This document shows, piece by piece, positions 28,463 through 39,238 of a stretch of 64,000 bases of DNA. The position numbers were made by a program, and so were the translations under genes. Each line of letters opens with the position of its first letter. The stretch's first letter is position 1. Origin of the DNA: an uncultured delta proteobacterium (GTDB lineage: Bacteria > Desulfobacterota > Binatia > UBA9968); contig CAVTUQ010000025.1 of assembly GCA_963737905.1 (NCBI GenBank), positions 288,001-352,000 on the forward strand, read 5' to 3'. The notes under the pieces were generated by a model. The model did not search any database. It was not told the DNA's origin and saw nothing but the letters and a program-made list of their open reading frames with translations.

Positions 28463-28945
28463 ATGAACCGATCGACATTTACCACCTCCCCGGACAACCG
28501 TTATTTTGAAGATTATGTCGTCGGAGCGGTGCACGAGTTCGGTACGATCTCGGTGGAAGAAAAAGAAATCCTCGACTTTGGACAGCGCTTCGTTCCGTTG
28601 GCTTACCACATCGATAGGGAAGCGGCAAAAAAGAGTATCTACGGCGGTTTGATTGCGAGCGGCTGGCATACCGCTGCGCTCATGATGCGGCTTTACGCGG
28701 ATAACTATTTATCTAAAGTAGCGAACCTCGGCTCCCCTGGCGCTGATGAGCTGAAATGGGATAACCCGGTCTTCCCCGGCGATGAGCTGTCGATTCGCAT
28801 CACAGTTTTGGAAACCCGCCGCTCCGAATCTAAACCGGATCGCGGCATTGTCCGCTCTTTTGTCGAGGTACTGAACCAAAAACGCGAAGCCGTGATGAGC
28901 GTAAAGATGGTGAACTTTGTGCGGAGCCGAGAGACCCCGGCGTAA
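28463..28945 (+). CDS. MaoC family dehydratase
   Basis: YFED, H.D..AA..S.YGGLIASGWHT, PVFPGD. Confidence 0.9.
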   Translation: MNRSTFTTSPDNRYFEDYVVGAVHEFGTISVEEKEILDFGQRFVPLAYHIDREAAKKSIYGGLIASGWHTAALMMRLYADNYLSKVANLGSPGADELKWDNPVFPGDELSIRITVLETRRSESKPDRGIVRSFVEVLNQKREAVMSVKMVNFVRSRETPA

Positions 28946-28970
28946 TTCCGGAAACAGCAGGAACTAAATT

Positions 28971-30344
28971 CTAGGCTTCGTCCGCCTCTTCGTAGTCGAA
29001 TTCGTCACGCGGCGTAAAATTCTCAAACCGCATAAACTCGTTCAAAAAGGTCAGTTCGACGGTATCGATGGGGCCGTTTCGCTGCTTGGCGACGATAATT
29101 TCGGCGATGCCCTTTTTTTCCGAATTCTGATTGTAAACCTCGTCCCGATAGATAAACATGATGACGTCTGCGTCCTGTTCGATGGCTCCCGATTCCCGCA
29201 GATCGGACATCATCGGCCGCCGGTCGCCGCGATCCTCAACCCGACGGTTGAGCTGCGAGATGGCGATGACCGGAACGGTCAATTCTTTGGCCAAAGCCTT
29301 TAAGGAACGTGAAATTTCTGAAATCTCCTGTTCACGGTTTGACGCGGCTCCCATGCCGCGCATCAACTGCAAGTAATCAATGACGATCAGCCCGACCTTC
29401 TTCGTCCGGTCACGCACCAGGCGCCGCGCCTTGGCGCGCAGCTCGAGAACCGAAATTGCGGGCGTATCGTCGATATAAATCGGCGCCTCGTGGAGCCGAC
29501 CAGCGGCGTTCGCCAATTTTGGGAAATCTCGTTCTGCTAAATAGCCGGAGCGAACTTTGGAATTGTTAACGTGGGCTTCGGAACAAAGCATGCGGAGAAC
29601 GAGCTGCTCCTTGGCCATTTCCAGGGAGAAAACCGCGACTCCGACTCCCGTAAATGCCGCGTTGGTGGCGATATTGAGGCTGAAGGCGGTCTTACCCATG
29701 CTGGGTCGACCGGCAACGATAACCAGGTCGGATGGCTGGAGCCCGGCGGTAAGTTTGTCCAAATCTTCGTAACCCGTGGGCACGCCGGTGACCATCTCCT
29801 TGCGTTCATACAGCCTTTCGACTGTTTTGAGCGTGTCCTTGATCATATCCCCGACGGCGACGAAGGATGCTTTGACCTTCTTTTCCGATATATCAAAGAT
29901 CACTTTCTCCGCCGTGTCCAAAAACTCATCGACGTTGCCCTGCTCTTCGTAACCTCGCGTTGCAATCTCCGTTGCCGTACTGATGAGACTGCGCAAGATC
30001 GCCTTTTCCCGTACAATACGCGCATAGTAGGAGATGTTGGCCGCTGTCGGTACAAAATCAGCCAGAGAAGCCAGGTACGCGCTGCCTCCGACCGCGTCAA
30101 GCTCGCCCCGACTTTTGAGACACTCGCTCAGCGTGATGAGATCCGCCGGCTCGCCGCGGTCCGTGAGCTCAATCATGCCGCGGAAAATCTTGCGGTGAGA
30201 TTCGCGATAGAAATCTTCGGGGCGAACCAATTCCAAAACGAGATTAATGGCGTCGTTTTCAAGCAGAATTCCTCCCAAGACGGAAGTCTCCGCCTCGAGA
30301 TTCTGAGGAGGAACCTTTCTGAGATTGTCGTCCAAAGCTGCCAT
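28971..30344 (-). CDS. dnaB: Replicative DNA helicase
   Basis: GRPSMGKT, SLEM, IDYLQL, SQLNR, DLRESGAIEQDAD, KQRNGP; no intein. Confidence 0.98.
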   Translation of the reverse strand: MAALDDNLRKVPPQNLEAETSVLGGILLENDAINLVLELVRPEDFYRESHRKIFRGMIELTDRGEPADLITLSECLKSRGELDAVGGSAYLASLADFVPTAANISYYARIVREKAILRSLISTATEIATRGYEEQGNVDEFLDTAEKVIFDISEKKVKASFVAVGDMIKDTLKTVERLYERKEMVTGVPTGYEDLDKLTAGLQPSDLVIVAGRPSMGKTAFSLNIATNAAFTGVGVAVFSLEMAKEQLVLRMLCSEAHVNNSKVRSGYLAERDFPKLANAAGRLHEAPIYIDDTPAISVLELRAKARRLVRDRTKKVGLIVIDYLQLMRGMGAASNREQEISEISRSLKALAKELTVPVIAISQLNRRVEDRGDRRPMMSDLRESGAIEQDADVIMFIYRDEVYNQNSEKKGIAEIIVAKQRNGPIDTVELTFLNEFMRFENFTPRDEFDYEEADEA

Positions 30345-30573
30345 GAATCTAATTTCAGTTTGGGATTTGCAAGCGTTCAAGCTCGCGCACAATCAATTCA
30401 TTCTTCCCCGTCGATTGGAGGACCGAACAGCAAGGCTACACGAAAGAAAACAAAAAGCAAGGAAAAATTTTACCCGGAAAGAAATTTTTGTCGCCGGGCA
30501 GCTGGAAAGCAATCGGCAACCGAAAATCTATGGATCAGACTTCTTAAAGAGCTTCGCCTGGTTAAAAAGAGGC

Positions 30574-32574
30574 TCAAAATGGATGATTATCGCCGGGCGG
30601 ATTCAGAATTTGCGCGGCATCATCCAAAGCCTTGTGGCCGCCCAAGAGAATAAGCATGTCGCCGACTGCCAACTTAAAGTCGTTGCCAACGTTGTGGTAG
30701 GATTGACCCTCCCGAACCACTGCGATGACGGACACGCCGCTCCGGGAAGGCAGGTTGATCTCTTCCAAGCTCTTGCCCGCGGCCGGCGACCTTTCAACAA
30801 TGGAAAAGATGTCGCTTGTGGTTCCCACGAGAAATTGACTCAACGCATCCAATTGTTTGCCCTGAAGCTGGATGCCACGCAACGTGCCGTAATGTTCCTT
30901 GCGGATTAGATCCACCTGTAGCGAGATCACATTGCGCGGAACATGATATTCCTGCAACACGCGGGCAAAAATCTCCACGGACGTCTCAAACTCTTCGGGG
31001 ATGACCTGGTTCGCCCCGAGGCGGTAGAGATGATCGATCTCCGCCACGTAACGAGTCCGAACGATGATGTACAGGTCGGCCCTTAACCGGCGAGCCTGCG
31101 ATACCAGCCGCGCGGTGGCGGCGGGATCAGAGATCGCGATGACCAAAACGCGGGCCTTTGCGATACTCACTTGCTGCAATATTTCCGGCCGGGTTCCATC
31201 ACCGAAAGAGATCGGCTCTCCCGCCGCTTTCGCCGAACCTACCAAATCCGGATCCATTTCGAGGACCCGATAGGGAACCCCGACTTCTTTGAGAACACGT
31301 GCCAAATTCTGCCCGTTTAGTCCATAACCAACCACAATCACGTGCCCCTCAGCTGCCCTTGTTTCGCTTGCTCCTCCCTTTGTTGGACGGTCGATCCCGA
31401 CACTCTTAAAGAGTCCCTCAAAACCAAACGCCAAACCGTGCGCCCACTGGATGAGAAACGGCGTCGCTATCATGCTCAAGATCGAGGCCGCCAAAAATAT
31501 CTGTTCGTCCGCAGGGTTCAAAAGTTTATAGTTGATACCCGCCTTGGCCAGAACAAATGAAAACTCACCGATTTGAGCCAGCCCTAAGCCCAGCACAACT
31601 CCCAATCGAATCGAGCGATAGAACCACCAAAAAACGGCAAAGAGCACCAAACCTTTGATACCAATCATCAACAGAAGATCCAGAAGAGCCATGCCAAAGT
31701 CTTGGGACAAAAGAGCGAGGTTTAATAACATCCCGACAGAAATAAAGAAGATGCCGCTGAAACAGTCGCGCAAGGGCAGAATGTCGGCGACGATCTGGTG
31801 ACTCAGTTCGGATTCAGAGATGACCAGGCCTGCAACCAGCGCTCCCAGCGCCAGCGAAAGCCCGGATTCCGAAGTTAACCAGGCAGTTCCGAAACACACC
31901 AGAACCACGAAAAGGACAAAGATCTCCCGATTTCGAAGCAAGGCGACCTGATGGAGGAGTCGCGGCAGTAATTTGCGCGCCGTCCAGACGATCACCACCA
32001 AGGAGATCAGAGACTTCGCCAGGGCCCAACCGATCAAAACGATCGAGTCCTGTCCGGAGCCAGCCAAAACCGGAAGCAGCAGCATCATCGGCACGACGCA
32101 GAGATCTTGAAAAAGAAGAATGCCGCTGGCCAGACGACCCTGCAGCGAATTGATCTCGCCGCGATCATGGTAAATCCTGAGCACAATGGCCGTACTGCTT
32201 AACGAAAGCAGAAATCCGTAGAAGATACCGACTTCCGCCGACACGCCGAGGAAAAGAGCGACGGCTAGGACAACCAGAATCGTCAGCACCACCTGAAGAA
32301 GTCCGGCCCACACCACTCGTCGCTGCACCGAGAGGGTCGCCTCTAGAGAGAATTCCAAGCCGATGGTAAAGAGCAGGAGAACCACACCGATTTCGGCCAA
32401 TGTTTCCACTTGGCCGACGCTTTGGATCAACTGAAATCCATGGGGTCCGATGATCACGCCGGCAAGAAGAAACCCAACGATGGTCGGCAGGCGTAATTTT
32501 TGAAAGACGAAGACGATCGCAATCGTCGCCGTCAATACGATGATGAGCTCGCGCAGAAAAGTTGGGTCAGACAT
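30574..32574 (-). CDS. CPA2 family cation:proton antiporter with TrkA-N and TrkA-C domains
   Basis: EIGVVLLLFTIGLE, SSTAIV, FQD, QIGEFSF, VGYGLNG. Confidence 0.92.
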   Translation of the reverse strand: MSDPTFLRELIIVLTATIAIVFVFQKLRLPTIVGFLLAGVIIGPHGFQLIQSVGQVETLAEIGVVLLLFTIGLEFSLEATLSVQRRVVWAGLLQVVLTILVVLAVALFLGVSAEVGIFYGFLLSLSSTAIVLRIYHDRGEINSLQGRLASGILLFQDLCVVPMMLLLPVLAGSGQDSIVLIGWALAKSLISLVVIVWTARKLLPRLLHQVALLRNREIFVLFVVLVCFGTAWLTSESGLSLALGALVAGLVISESELSHQIVADILPLRDCFSGIFFISVGMLLNLALLSQDFGMALLDLLLMIGIKGLVLFAVFWWFYRSIRLGVVLGLGLAQIGEFSFVLAKAGINYKLLNPADEQIFLAASILSMIATPFLIQWAHGLAFGFEGLFKSVGIDRPTKGGASETRAAEGHVIVVGYGLNGQNLARVLKEVGVPYRVLEMDPDLVGSAKAAGEPISFGDGTRPEILQQVSIAKARVLVIAISDPAATARLVSQARRLRADLYIIVRTRYVAEIDHLYRLGANQVIPEEFETSVEIFARVLQEYHVPRNVISLQVDLIRKEHYGTLRGIQLQGKQLDALSQFLVGTTSDIFSIVERSPAAGKSLEEINLPSRSGVSVIAVVREGQSYHNVGNDFKLAVGDMLILLGGHKALDDAAQILNPPGDNHPF

Positions 32575-32644
32575 CGCGAAGAAGGATGGGTACGAGGTCT
32601 GTCTATTAACAGTAAAGCAGTCTTAACACCAAGTAATCGAGGCT

Positions 32645-33001
32645 TCAGGAAGCCTTATACTCGGCGGTTACCGTCGTGTGAATGCCACCGCGGATATTGA
32701 AATCACCGACGACCGTCATTGCCTTGGGGCGGCAGGCCTGCACGAGGTCGTCCAAAATTCTGTTGATGACCGCTTCGTGAAATGCTCCTTCGTCGCGATA
32801 GGACCAAAGGTAAAGCTTGAGCGACTTAAGCTCTACGCATAGTTCCCCCGGCACATAACGAATGCGGATAGTGGCAAAATCAGGTTGTCCTGTACGCGGA
32901 CAGAGGCAGGTAAATTCGGGGCACTCCATCGCGATCTCAAAGTCACGCTGCGGGCGCGGATTGGGAAAAGTCTCCAGTTGTTTGCTCGGTTTCGTGGCCA
33001 T
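32645..33001 (-). CDS. queF: preQ0 reductase QueF (type 1)
   Basis: [31 protein letters not shown]. Confidence 0.95.
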   Translation of the reverse strand: MATKPSKQLETFPNPRPQRDFEIAMECPEFTCLCPRTGQPDFATIRIRYVPGELCVELKSLKLYLWSYRDEGAFHEAVINRILDDLVQACRPKAMTVVGDFNIRGGIHTTVTAEYKAS

Positions 33002-33054
33002 ATCGCAATTCATCTTAACGCAGCAAGAATATTATTCCAATTCTCCCCGCCGCC

Positions 33055-33083
33055 TTGACAAGCCAATAATGCGATGGTAAACG
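33055..33083 (+). promoter_or_regulatory. Putative sigma70 promoter
   Basis: TTGACA-17 nt-(TGG)TAAACG upstream of 33125. Confidence 0.45.
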
Positions 33084-33124
33084 CGCGTTATCTATGTAAA
33101 TATAAGTGTTCTAGGGGGTAGAAC

Positions 33125-33916
33125 TTGAGTAAACCGAGAGAGCCGAAAGCCGGCGAGAAATTGAGCGCAGAAGAAGCCAAAGCTTACGTGGACTATCTTT
33201 ATTCTACGCTCTACAAAGCCTGGAATGAGAAGATCCACGGCGGTCCTTTCATGACCCAACTCCGTGAGGGGGAATTGCCAATGCCGGTGATCCGGCAGTT
33301 TTTCAAGAACTGGGGACATTTTTCAATGGAGGTGAATGCGCTCAACGCGGTCTCGTACTACACGCATCTGCCGTTCTTCGTTCGTAACTTTGATCTTTTG
33401 GGTCCCTTCTGCGCCAAGATCGCTGACGAGTTGATCTCACCCAGAGCGCCGGGACATGTTTTGGTGCTTCTACAAACCGCCGAGGTGATGGGTTTGAGCC
33501 GCAAAGAAGTTTTGGAAGATCCCTATCTCCCGGCGGCTCGCGCCATCAATGACTTTTGCCATAAGATTTTTATCGATGGCTCGCTCGTCGAGCTCTGGGG
33601 ACTGCATGTGTTCGAAGAGTCGTTGTCCCATTGGTCCGGCGAGTGGTTTACCGCCCTCACGACTAAGTACGGTTTTACCAAGCAGCAGGCGATTTATTTT
33701 TCCACCCATGAAGAGGCCGATATGGATACGCACCAGTTAGGCGAAGGCGGTGAAGAGGCCATGGGACATGGCGCCTTCAACCGCACGGTGCTGACGCGCG
33801 CTCTCCAAGACGGGGTGGAGTTTCGCGCCGGCTATTCGATGGAGTACTGCGCGCTGACGATGGTCGATCTCCATGCCCAAATGAAACAAGCGGCGCTGGA
33901 TCATCCCTATCCCTGA
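33125..33916 (+). CDS. Heme-oxygenase-like (CADD/PqqC/TenA fold) putative di-iron redox enzyme
   Basis: Helical protein with E...GH...EE...YFSTHEEAD...GH ligand pattern. Confidence 0.65.
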   Translation: MSKPREPKAGEKLSAEEAKAYVDYLYSTLYKAWNEKIHGGPFMTQLREGELPMPVIRQFFKNWGHFSMEVNALNAVSYYTHLPFFVRNFDLLGPFCAKIADELISPRAPGHVLVLLQTAEVMGLSRKEVLEDPYLPAARAINDFCHKIFIDGSLVELWGLHVFEESLSHWSGEWFTALTTKYGFTKQQAIYFSTHEEADMDTHQLGEGGEEAMGHGAFNRTVLTRALQDGVEFRAGYSMEYCALTMVDLHAQMKQAALDHPYP

Positions 33917-34176
33917 TTTCTGGATGCGCCTGCGAGCCGCTGAGGCCCGGCGTAGACGTTGCAGCCCTCGCCGTGCAGAATCCAATTAGGGTTATCTGAA
34001 CTTGCGCGCTGCCGAACCATATCCGAGCCTTCCCGTTTACTTATTACGACGGCTTGCAGGCTGCTCTCAGCTGGGGCACCATCATTCCTATCGAACCTCA
34101 ATTGGCCACGGTTCAATACCACGCGTCGCTATAAGAACAGGCAGAGTTAAAACGTCACCCATGTCTGGAAGACGAG

Positions 34177-35901
34177 ATGACTGATAGTGAATTTGATCCT
34201 CTGCGCGCGATCCTCGCAGAGTTGGCGCCGCAAGGACGCCCTGCACTCCTGCCGGCGTTACACGCCGCACAGAAGATCTACGGCTGGCTCGCCGAACCGG
34301 TTTTGGCTGAAGTGGGTCGCGCATTACACGTGCCCCTCGCCGACTTGTATGGTGTCATCGACTTCTACGCGATGTTCCAACGACAACCGGCCGGCCGGAC
34401 CATGGTGCGCGTATGCAGCGCGCCGGTGTGCGCCCTTGCCGGGGCCGAGGTCGTGGCGCAAGCCCTGTGCCGTCACTTGCAAATCGAGCCGGGCGCAGTC
34501 AGCTCGGATGGCGCATTCACCGTCGAGCATAGCCCCTGCCTGGGCTTGTGCGACCGCGCGCCGGCGCTGCTCGTGAACGAAGCCGCTGTTGGACATGCCG
34601 ATCCCGCAGATGCGGCCGCGATCTGCGCGATGAGCAGGCCGCAGACGGTGAGCTTCGTCGGCGGCGATATCCGCATCCTCACGAGCAATTGCGGACCAGG
34701 GAATCCTACGTCCCTTGCCAACTACCAAGCGCGCGGCGGTTATGCGGGGCTGAAGAAAGCTTTGACGATGACGCCGCGAGCTGTGCTCGCCGAAGTGAAA
34801 GCAGCGGGGCTGGTCGGCCGCGGTGGCGCGGCATTTCCCACCGGCGTCAAGTGGGAGGCAGCCGTCAATGCGCCAGGCCAACCCAAGTATATCGTCTGCA
34901 ATGCCGACGAATCCGAGCCCGGCACGTTCAAGGACCGCATTCTCATGGAAGAAGACCCGCAACGCATCATTGAAGGAATGATCATCGCGGCCTATACCGT
35001 GGGCGCGAGTCAAGGTTACATTTACGTGCGCGGCGAGTATCCGTACGCCTTCAAGGTTATGAGCGAAGCCTTGGCCGAAGCCCGCCAAGCCGGTATCATC
35101 GGTAAAAATATTTTCGGCGCCGGCTTGGACTTCGATATTGAAATGCGGATGGGAGCCGGCGCTTACATTTGCGGTGAGGAAACCGCGCTGTTGGAGTCCA
35201 TCGAAGGCAAGCGAGGTCTGCCGCGCATCAAGCCGCCGTTCCCCACCACCCACGGCTTATTCGGCAAGCCCACGGTGATCAACAACGTGGAGACATTCTG
35301 CAACGTCCCGCTGATCGTCGAACGGGGCGCCGCCGAGTATCGAAAAATCGGTACGGAACGCTCGCCCGGCCCGAAACTCTTCTGCGTGTCGGGCCACGTG
35401 CAGAGGCCTGGACTTTACGAGGTGCCGTTTGGAATCACCTTGCGCCATTTGTTGTTCAATCTCGCCGGCGGGTTGAAGCAGGGACGCAGGCTTCAAGCGG
35501 TGCTCATGGGCGGGGCCGCGGGCGCATTTGCTATTGAGAAAAATCTCGACGTGATTTTGTCGTTCGAGAGCCTGAGCGCGGCCGGCTTGCCCCTTGGCTC
35601 CGCCGCAGTCATGGTCTTCGACGATAGCGCGGACATGCGCGATGTGCTGAAGCGGCTGGCGCACTTCTTTGCCGACGAGAGCTGCGGCAAATGTTACCCT
35701 TGCCAGCTCGGCGCGCAGCGGCAGTATGAAATCCTGGAGCGGGGCGCGGCCGGGCATCCTCTCGCCGGCGACCGCGAACGCTTATCGGACGTGGGCCAGA
35801 CTATGACCGACGCATCCCTCTGCGGCCTGGGCCAGACGGCGGCCACCGCGGTATTGAGCGCGATGAAGTTATGGCCGGAAATGTTTAGTGTGAACAAATA
35901 A
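34177..35901 (+). CDS. NuoE-NuoF fusion, diaphorase subunit of NAD-dependent formate dehydrogenase
   Basis: C....C...CLGLC (2Fe-2S), GRGGAAFPTG, NADESEPG, GAYICGEETAL, ESCGKC.PC...CGLG. Confidence 0.92.
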   Translation: MTDSEFDPLRAILAELAPQGRPALLPALHAAQKIYGWLAEPVLAEVGRALHVPLADLYGVIDFYAMFQRQPAGRTMVRVCSAPVCALAGAEVVAQALCRHLQIEPGAVSSDGAFTVEHSPCLGLCDRAPALLVNEAAVGHADPADAAAICAMSRPQTVSFVGGDIRILTSNCGPGNPTSLANYQARGGYAGLKKALTMTPRAVLAEVKAAGLVGRGGAAFPTGVKWEAAVNAPGQPKYIVCNADESEPGTFKDRILMEEDPQRIIEGMIIAAYTVGASQGYIYVRGEYPYAFKVMSEALAEARQAGIIGKNIFGAGLDFDIEMRMGAGAYICGEETALLESIEGKRGLPRIKPPFPTTHGLFGKPTVINNVETFCNVPLIVERGAAEYRKIGTERSPGPKLFCVSGHVQRPGLYEVPFGITLRHLLFNLAGGLKQGRRLQAVLMGGAAGAFAIEKNLDVILSFESLSAAGLPLGSAAVMVFDDSADMRDVLKRLAHFFADESCGKCYPCQLGAQRQYEILERGAAGHPLAGDRERLSDVGQTMTDASLCGLGQTAATAVLSAMKLWPEMFSVNK

Positions 35902-35905
35902 GACT

Positions 35906-35976
35906 CACCGCGAAGAGCACGAAGGTTTTGGACAATCCAAACTCCGAACTTCGTGATCTTCGTGTCCTTCGTGGTG
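35906..35976. repeat. REP-like imperfect palindrome with 9-nt periodic units
   Basis: CACCGCGAAGAGCACGAAG ... CTTCGTGATCTTCGTGTCCTTCGTGGTG. Confidence 0.6.
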
Positions 35977-36026
35977 CACTATTCCCTGTGCCTGACTCAG
36001 GCAAGGCTTAACCCGAGGGATGACTC

Positions 36027-36726
36027 ATGGCTGATATCACACTCACCATTGACAGCGCTTCCGTCACCGTGCCTGCGGGAACGACGATTCTTAAAGCCGC
36101 AGAGAAGCTCGGCCGGCGGGTTCCGACCATCTGCTATCACGAGCACTGTACGGCGAACGGTCTTTGCCGCATCTGCGTCGTTGAAGTCGACGGGGTCAAG
36201 CCGCTGCTGCCGGCGTGCCTAAGCCGGGTAAGCGAAGCCATGAAAGTCTCAACGTCGAGCCCGCGCGCCGAGCGCAGCCGTCGTACTATTCTCGAATTGC
36301 TTGACTCCGCCGTGGATCTGTCTCAAGCGCCAGAGATTCAAAAGTTCATCGAGGATTATCGCGCCGACCGCTCGCGCTTTCCGGAAGCCAAAAGGCGTGA
36401 GGTATGCGGTGCTCGATGACAACGCGATGTATATCCGAGACTATTCCAAGTGCATTTTGTGCTGGCGCTGCGTTCAGGTGTGCGCCGACGACGCGCAGTT
36501 CACCTACGCGATCAACTTCAAGGGACGCGGCTTCGACACCGCCATCGGCACCTTCTTTGACAAGCCCATGCCGGAAACGAGCTGCGTATTTTGCGGCCAG
36601 TGCGTGGGTGTTTGCCCCACCGGCGCGCTCAAGCCCAAGCGCGAGGCGCTGCTCGAACAGGGATTTGACTTAAATGAAATCATGCAAGCAACCAGGGGCG
36701 AAAAGCGCCGGAGAAAATCGCCATGA
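36027..36726 (+). CDS. FDH iron-sulfur subunit (2Fe-2S + 2x4Fe-4S), apparent 1-nt insertion near 36401
   Basis: PTIC...CRIC...C, then [11 protein letters not shown] and [12 protein letters not shown] in the next frame; removing one G gives RREYAVLDDN. Confidence 0.85.
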
Positions 36727-38885
36727 TCACCGCCGATCGCGTCGTTCCGACCACCTGCCCGTACTGTGGCGTCGGATGCAATCTCGAGCTACACATCAAG
36801 GACGACTACATTTATAAGGTGACGTCGCCGTTTGACGCGGTGGTCAACCACGGAAACCTGTGCGTCAAAGGTCGTTTCGGCTATGACTTCATTTACAACA
36901 AAGACCGGGTGACCACTCCTCTCGTCCGCAAAACCAAGCAGGCGCCCGGCGCGCGCACACAGGCCTTCGATCGCGATCAGTGGCGGGAGGTCTCGTGGGA
37001 CGAGGCGCTCGATTACACTGCCAATCGGTTGGTCGAGATTTACAAGCGCGACGGCAGCGACGCCATAGCGGTATACTGCTGCGCCAAGGCGACCAACGAG
37101 GACAACTATCTCCTGCAGAAGCTTTTCCGCGCGCTGTTCCGCACGAATAACGTCGATCATTGCACCCGCCTGTGCCACGCCGGCTCGGTGGTTGCGCTAC
37201 AGATGGCGCTCGGCTCCTCGGCGATGAGCAACACCGCCGCCGAGGTCATTCACAGCGACGTTTTTCTGGTGACCGGTTCCAACACCGCGGAGACTCATCC
37301 GATCATCGCGCTGCAAATGAAAGCCGCGGTCGCCAGCCATGGCGCCAAGCTGATCGTCGTGGATCCGCGGCGCGTGGAAATGGTCAACTGGGCCACGCTC
37401 TGGCTGCCCGAGAAACCCGGCACCGACGTGCCGCTCTTTTCCGCCATGGCGCATGTCATCATCAAGGAACGGCTCTACAACCAAGATTTCATCGATCGGC
37501 GCACCGAGGGCTTCGATGACTTCTCCAGGTCCATGGAAAAATTTACGCCGGAATATGCGGAGGCGATTTCCGGCGTCGACCGCAGCCTGATCGTTCAGGC
37601 GGCCCGAATGTATGCGACGGCGAAGAATGCGGCGATTTATTGGGCGCTGGGCATTCCCGAGCATTCGCACGGCACCGACAACGCGATGTCGCTCATCCAT
37701 CTGGCGCTGCTCACCGGCCACATCGGCCGCAAAGGAACGGGGCTCAATCCGCTGCGCGGGCAAAACAACGTGCAAGGCGCGTCGGATGCCGGCGCCATGC
37801 CATGGCATTATCCCGGTTATCAGCGTGTCGATGACGAAGCGGCCGCGCGCAAATTCGAGCAGGCGTGGAATATCGAGCCGGGTGGGCTCAACCGCAGACT
37901 CGGGCTGACGACAACGGAGATCATGAGCGCGGTTGGCCCCGGCGGGGTGCGCGCGCTTTACATCATGGGCGAGAATCCCATGATGTCCGAGCCTAACTTG
38001 AACCACACACGCCACCTGATCGAACAGTTGGAGTTCCTGGCGGTGCAGGACCTGTTCATCAACGAATCCGGCGCCTATGCCGACATGTTTTTACCCGCCG
38101 CTTCCTGGGCGGAGAAAGAAGGCACGTTCACCAACACCGACCGCCGCGTTCAGCGCGTGCGTAAAGCCCTGGAACCGCGCGGCCAGACGAGACCCGATTG
38201 GGAGATCGTCTGTGACCTTGCCTGTCGCATCGAAAATAGGCTTGGCCGTCCGCAGACCGCTTTTTGGGCGTACCGGACGCCCGCCGAAGTGCTTGAAGAG
38301 ATGGGGCGGGTTGTTCCCGAATATGCCGGAGTACAGTATCAGCGCCTCGAAAGGGAGGGCCTCCAAACGCCGGTGTGGGATGACAGCCATCCCGGCACTC
38401 CCTATCTATTCGCCGAAAGTTTCCCGCGCGGCAAAGGCAAATTTCACACGTTGGAATACGTACCATCTGTGGAGAGGCCCGATGAGGAATATCCGTTCAT
38501 CCTCACCACCGGACGCCTGCTCGAACACTGGCACGGCGGCACGCTGACGCGCCATTCAAAACTCGACGACCTCTATCCAGAGGCGCGCATCGAAATCAAT
38601 CCTGCGGATGGCGCCCGCCTGGAGATCGAAAACGGCCAAGCCGTGCGCGTCTCATCGCGCCGCGGCACCATCGTCCTGCGCACCTGGCTAACCCAGCGAA
38701 CCACCGTAGGGGTGGTCTTTATTCCCATGCATTTTGCCGAAGCCGCCGCGAACCTCCTCACCATCGACGCCTTAGACCCGTTGGCCAAGATCCCCGAGTA
38801 CAAAGCCTGCGCCGTGCGCATCGTCCCCGCGGCTGAAACAGAGCTGGCGCAGCCCGAGACAAAGGTGGAACGGGGCCGGTACTGA
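36723..38885 (+). CDS. fdhF: Formate dehydrogenase alpha subunit (Mo/W-bisPGD, Cys-type, cytoplasmic)
   Basis: CPYCGVGC...CVKG, RLCH (TGC codon), [14 protein letters not shown]; no Tat signal. Confidence 0.93.
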   Translation: MITADRVVPTTCPYCGVGCNLELHIKDDYIYKVTSPFDAVVNHGNLCVKGRFGYDFIYNKDRVTTPLVRKTKQAPGARTQAFDRDQWREVSWDEALDYTANRLVEIYKRDGSDAIAVYCCAKATNEDNYLLQKLFRALFRTNNVDHCTRLCHAGSVVALQMALGSSAMSNTAAEVIHSDVFLVTGSNTAETHPIIALQMKAAVASHGAKLIVVDPRRVEMVNWATLWLPEKPGTDVPLFSAMAHVIIKERLYNQDFIDRRTEGFDDFSRSMEKFTPEYAEAISGVDRSLIVQAARMYATAKNAAIYWALGIPEHSHGTDNAMSLIHLALLTGHIGRKGTGLNPLRGQNNVQGASDAGAMPWHYPGYQRVDDEAAARKFEQAWNIEPGGLNRRLGLTTTEIMSAVGPGGVRALYIMGENPMMSEPNLNHTRHLIEQLEFLAVQDLFINESGAYADMFLPAASWAEKEGTFTNTDRRVQRVRKALEPRGQTRPDWEIVCDLACRIENRLGRPQTAFWAYRTPAEVLEEMGRVVPEYAGVQYQRLEREGLQTPVWDDSHPGTPYLFAESFPRGKGKFHTLEYVPSVERPDEEYPFILTTGRLLEHWHGGTLTRHSKLDDLYPEARIEINPADGARLEIENGQAVRVSSRRGTIVLRTWLTQRTTVGVVFIPMHFAEAAANLLTIDALDPLAKIPEYKACAVRIVPAAETELAQPETKVERGRY

Positions 38886-38957
38886 TAGGGGCGATACATG
38901 AATCGCCGCGTAGGTTCGTAAATTGATCGGCTATCCACCATATGTTATAAAATCATC

Positions 38958-39236
38958 ATGAGTTCTCCCCTGGAAAGCAGCGAAGCGGCCATTCTTGATC
39001 GGGTGTTTCGACCCAATGCAGCGGATTGGCCGCATGCTGTCGCGGAAGCCATTTTGAAAATCCAGTTTGACCCAAGCGACCGTGAAAAGATGACTGAGCT
39101 GCTAGACAAGGCGAAAGCAGGTGAGCTCACCCAAGAGCAAGCCGAAACGATCGAACATTACAGGCATATCGGCCGTTTGCTGGAGCTGATGAAATCCAGA
39201 GCCAGGCGATCCTTGCGAAGCGCATCCACCGGCTAA
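38958..39236 (+). CDS. Small hypothetical protein (antitoxin-like) paired with HNH
   Basis: L..KA..GELT..E..E..Y...L..LK.RAR pattern; 2 nt before the HNH gene. Confidence 0.65.
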   Translation: MSSPLESSEAAILDRVFRPNAADWPHAVAEAILKIQFDPSDREKMTELLDKAKAGELTQEQAETIEHYRHIGRLLELMKSRARRSLRSASTG

Positions 39237-39238
39237 TC

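Noticed and set aside
32645-33001. Functional link between queF (nitrile reductase) and the nitrile hydratase-like cluster
   Set aside because: They are 22 kb apart with unrelated genes between; no supporting evidence.
33917-34176. Moco/Wco riboswitch upstream of FDH
   Set aside because: No convincing conserved stems or motif by eye; an Rfam scan would be needed.
37173-37175. Selenocysteine in FDH
   Set aside because: The active-site codon is TGC (Cys).
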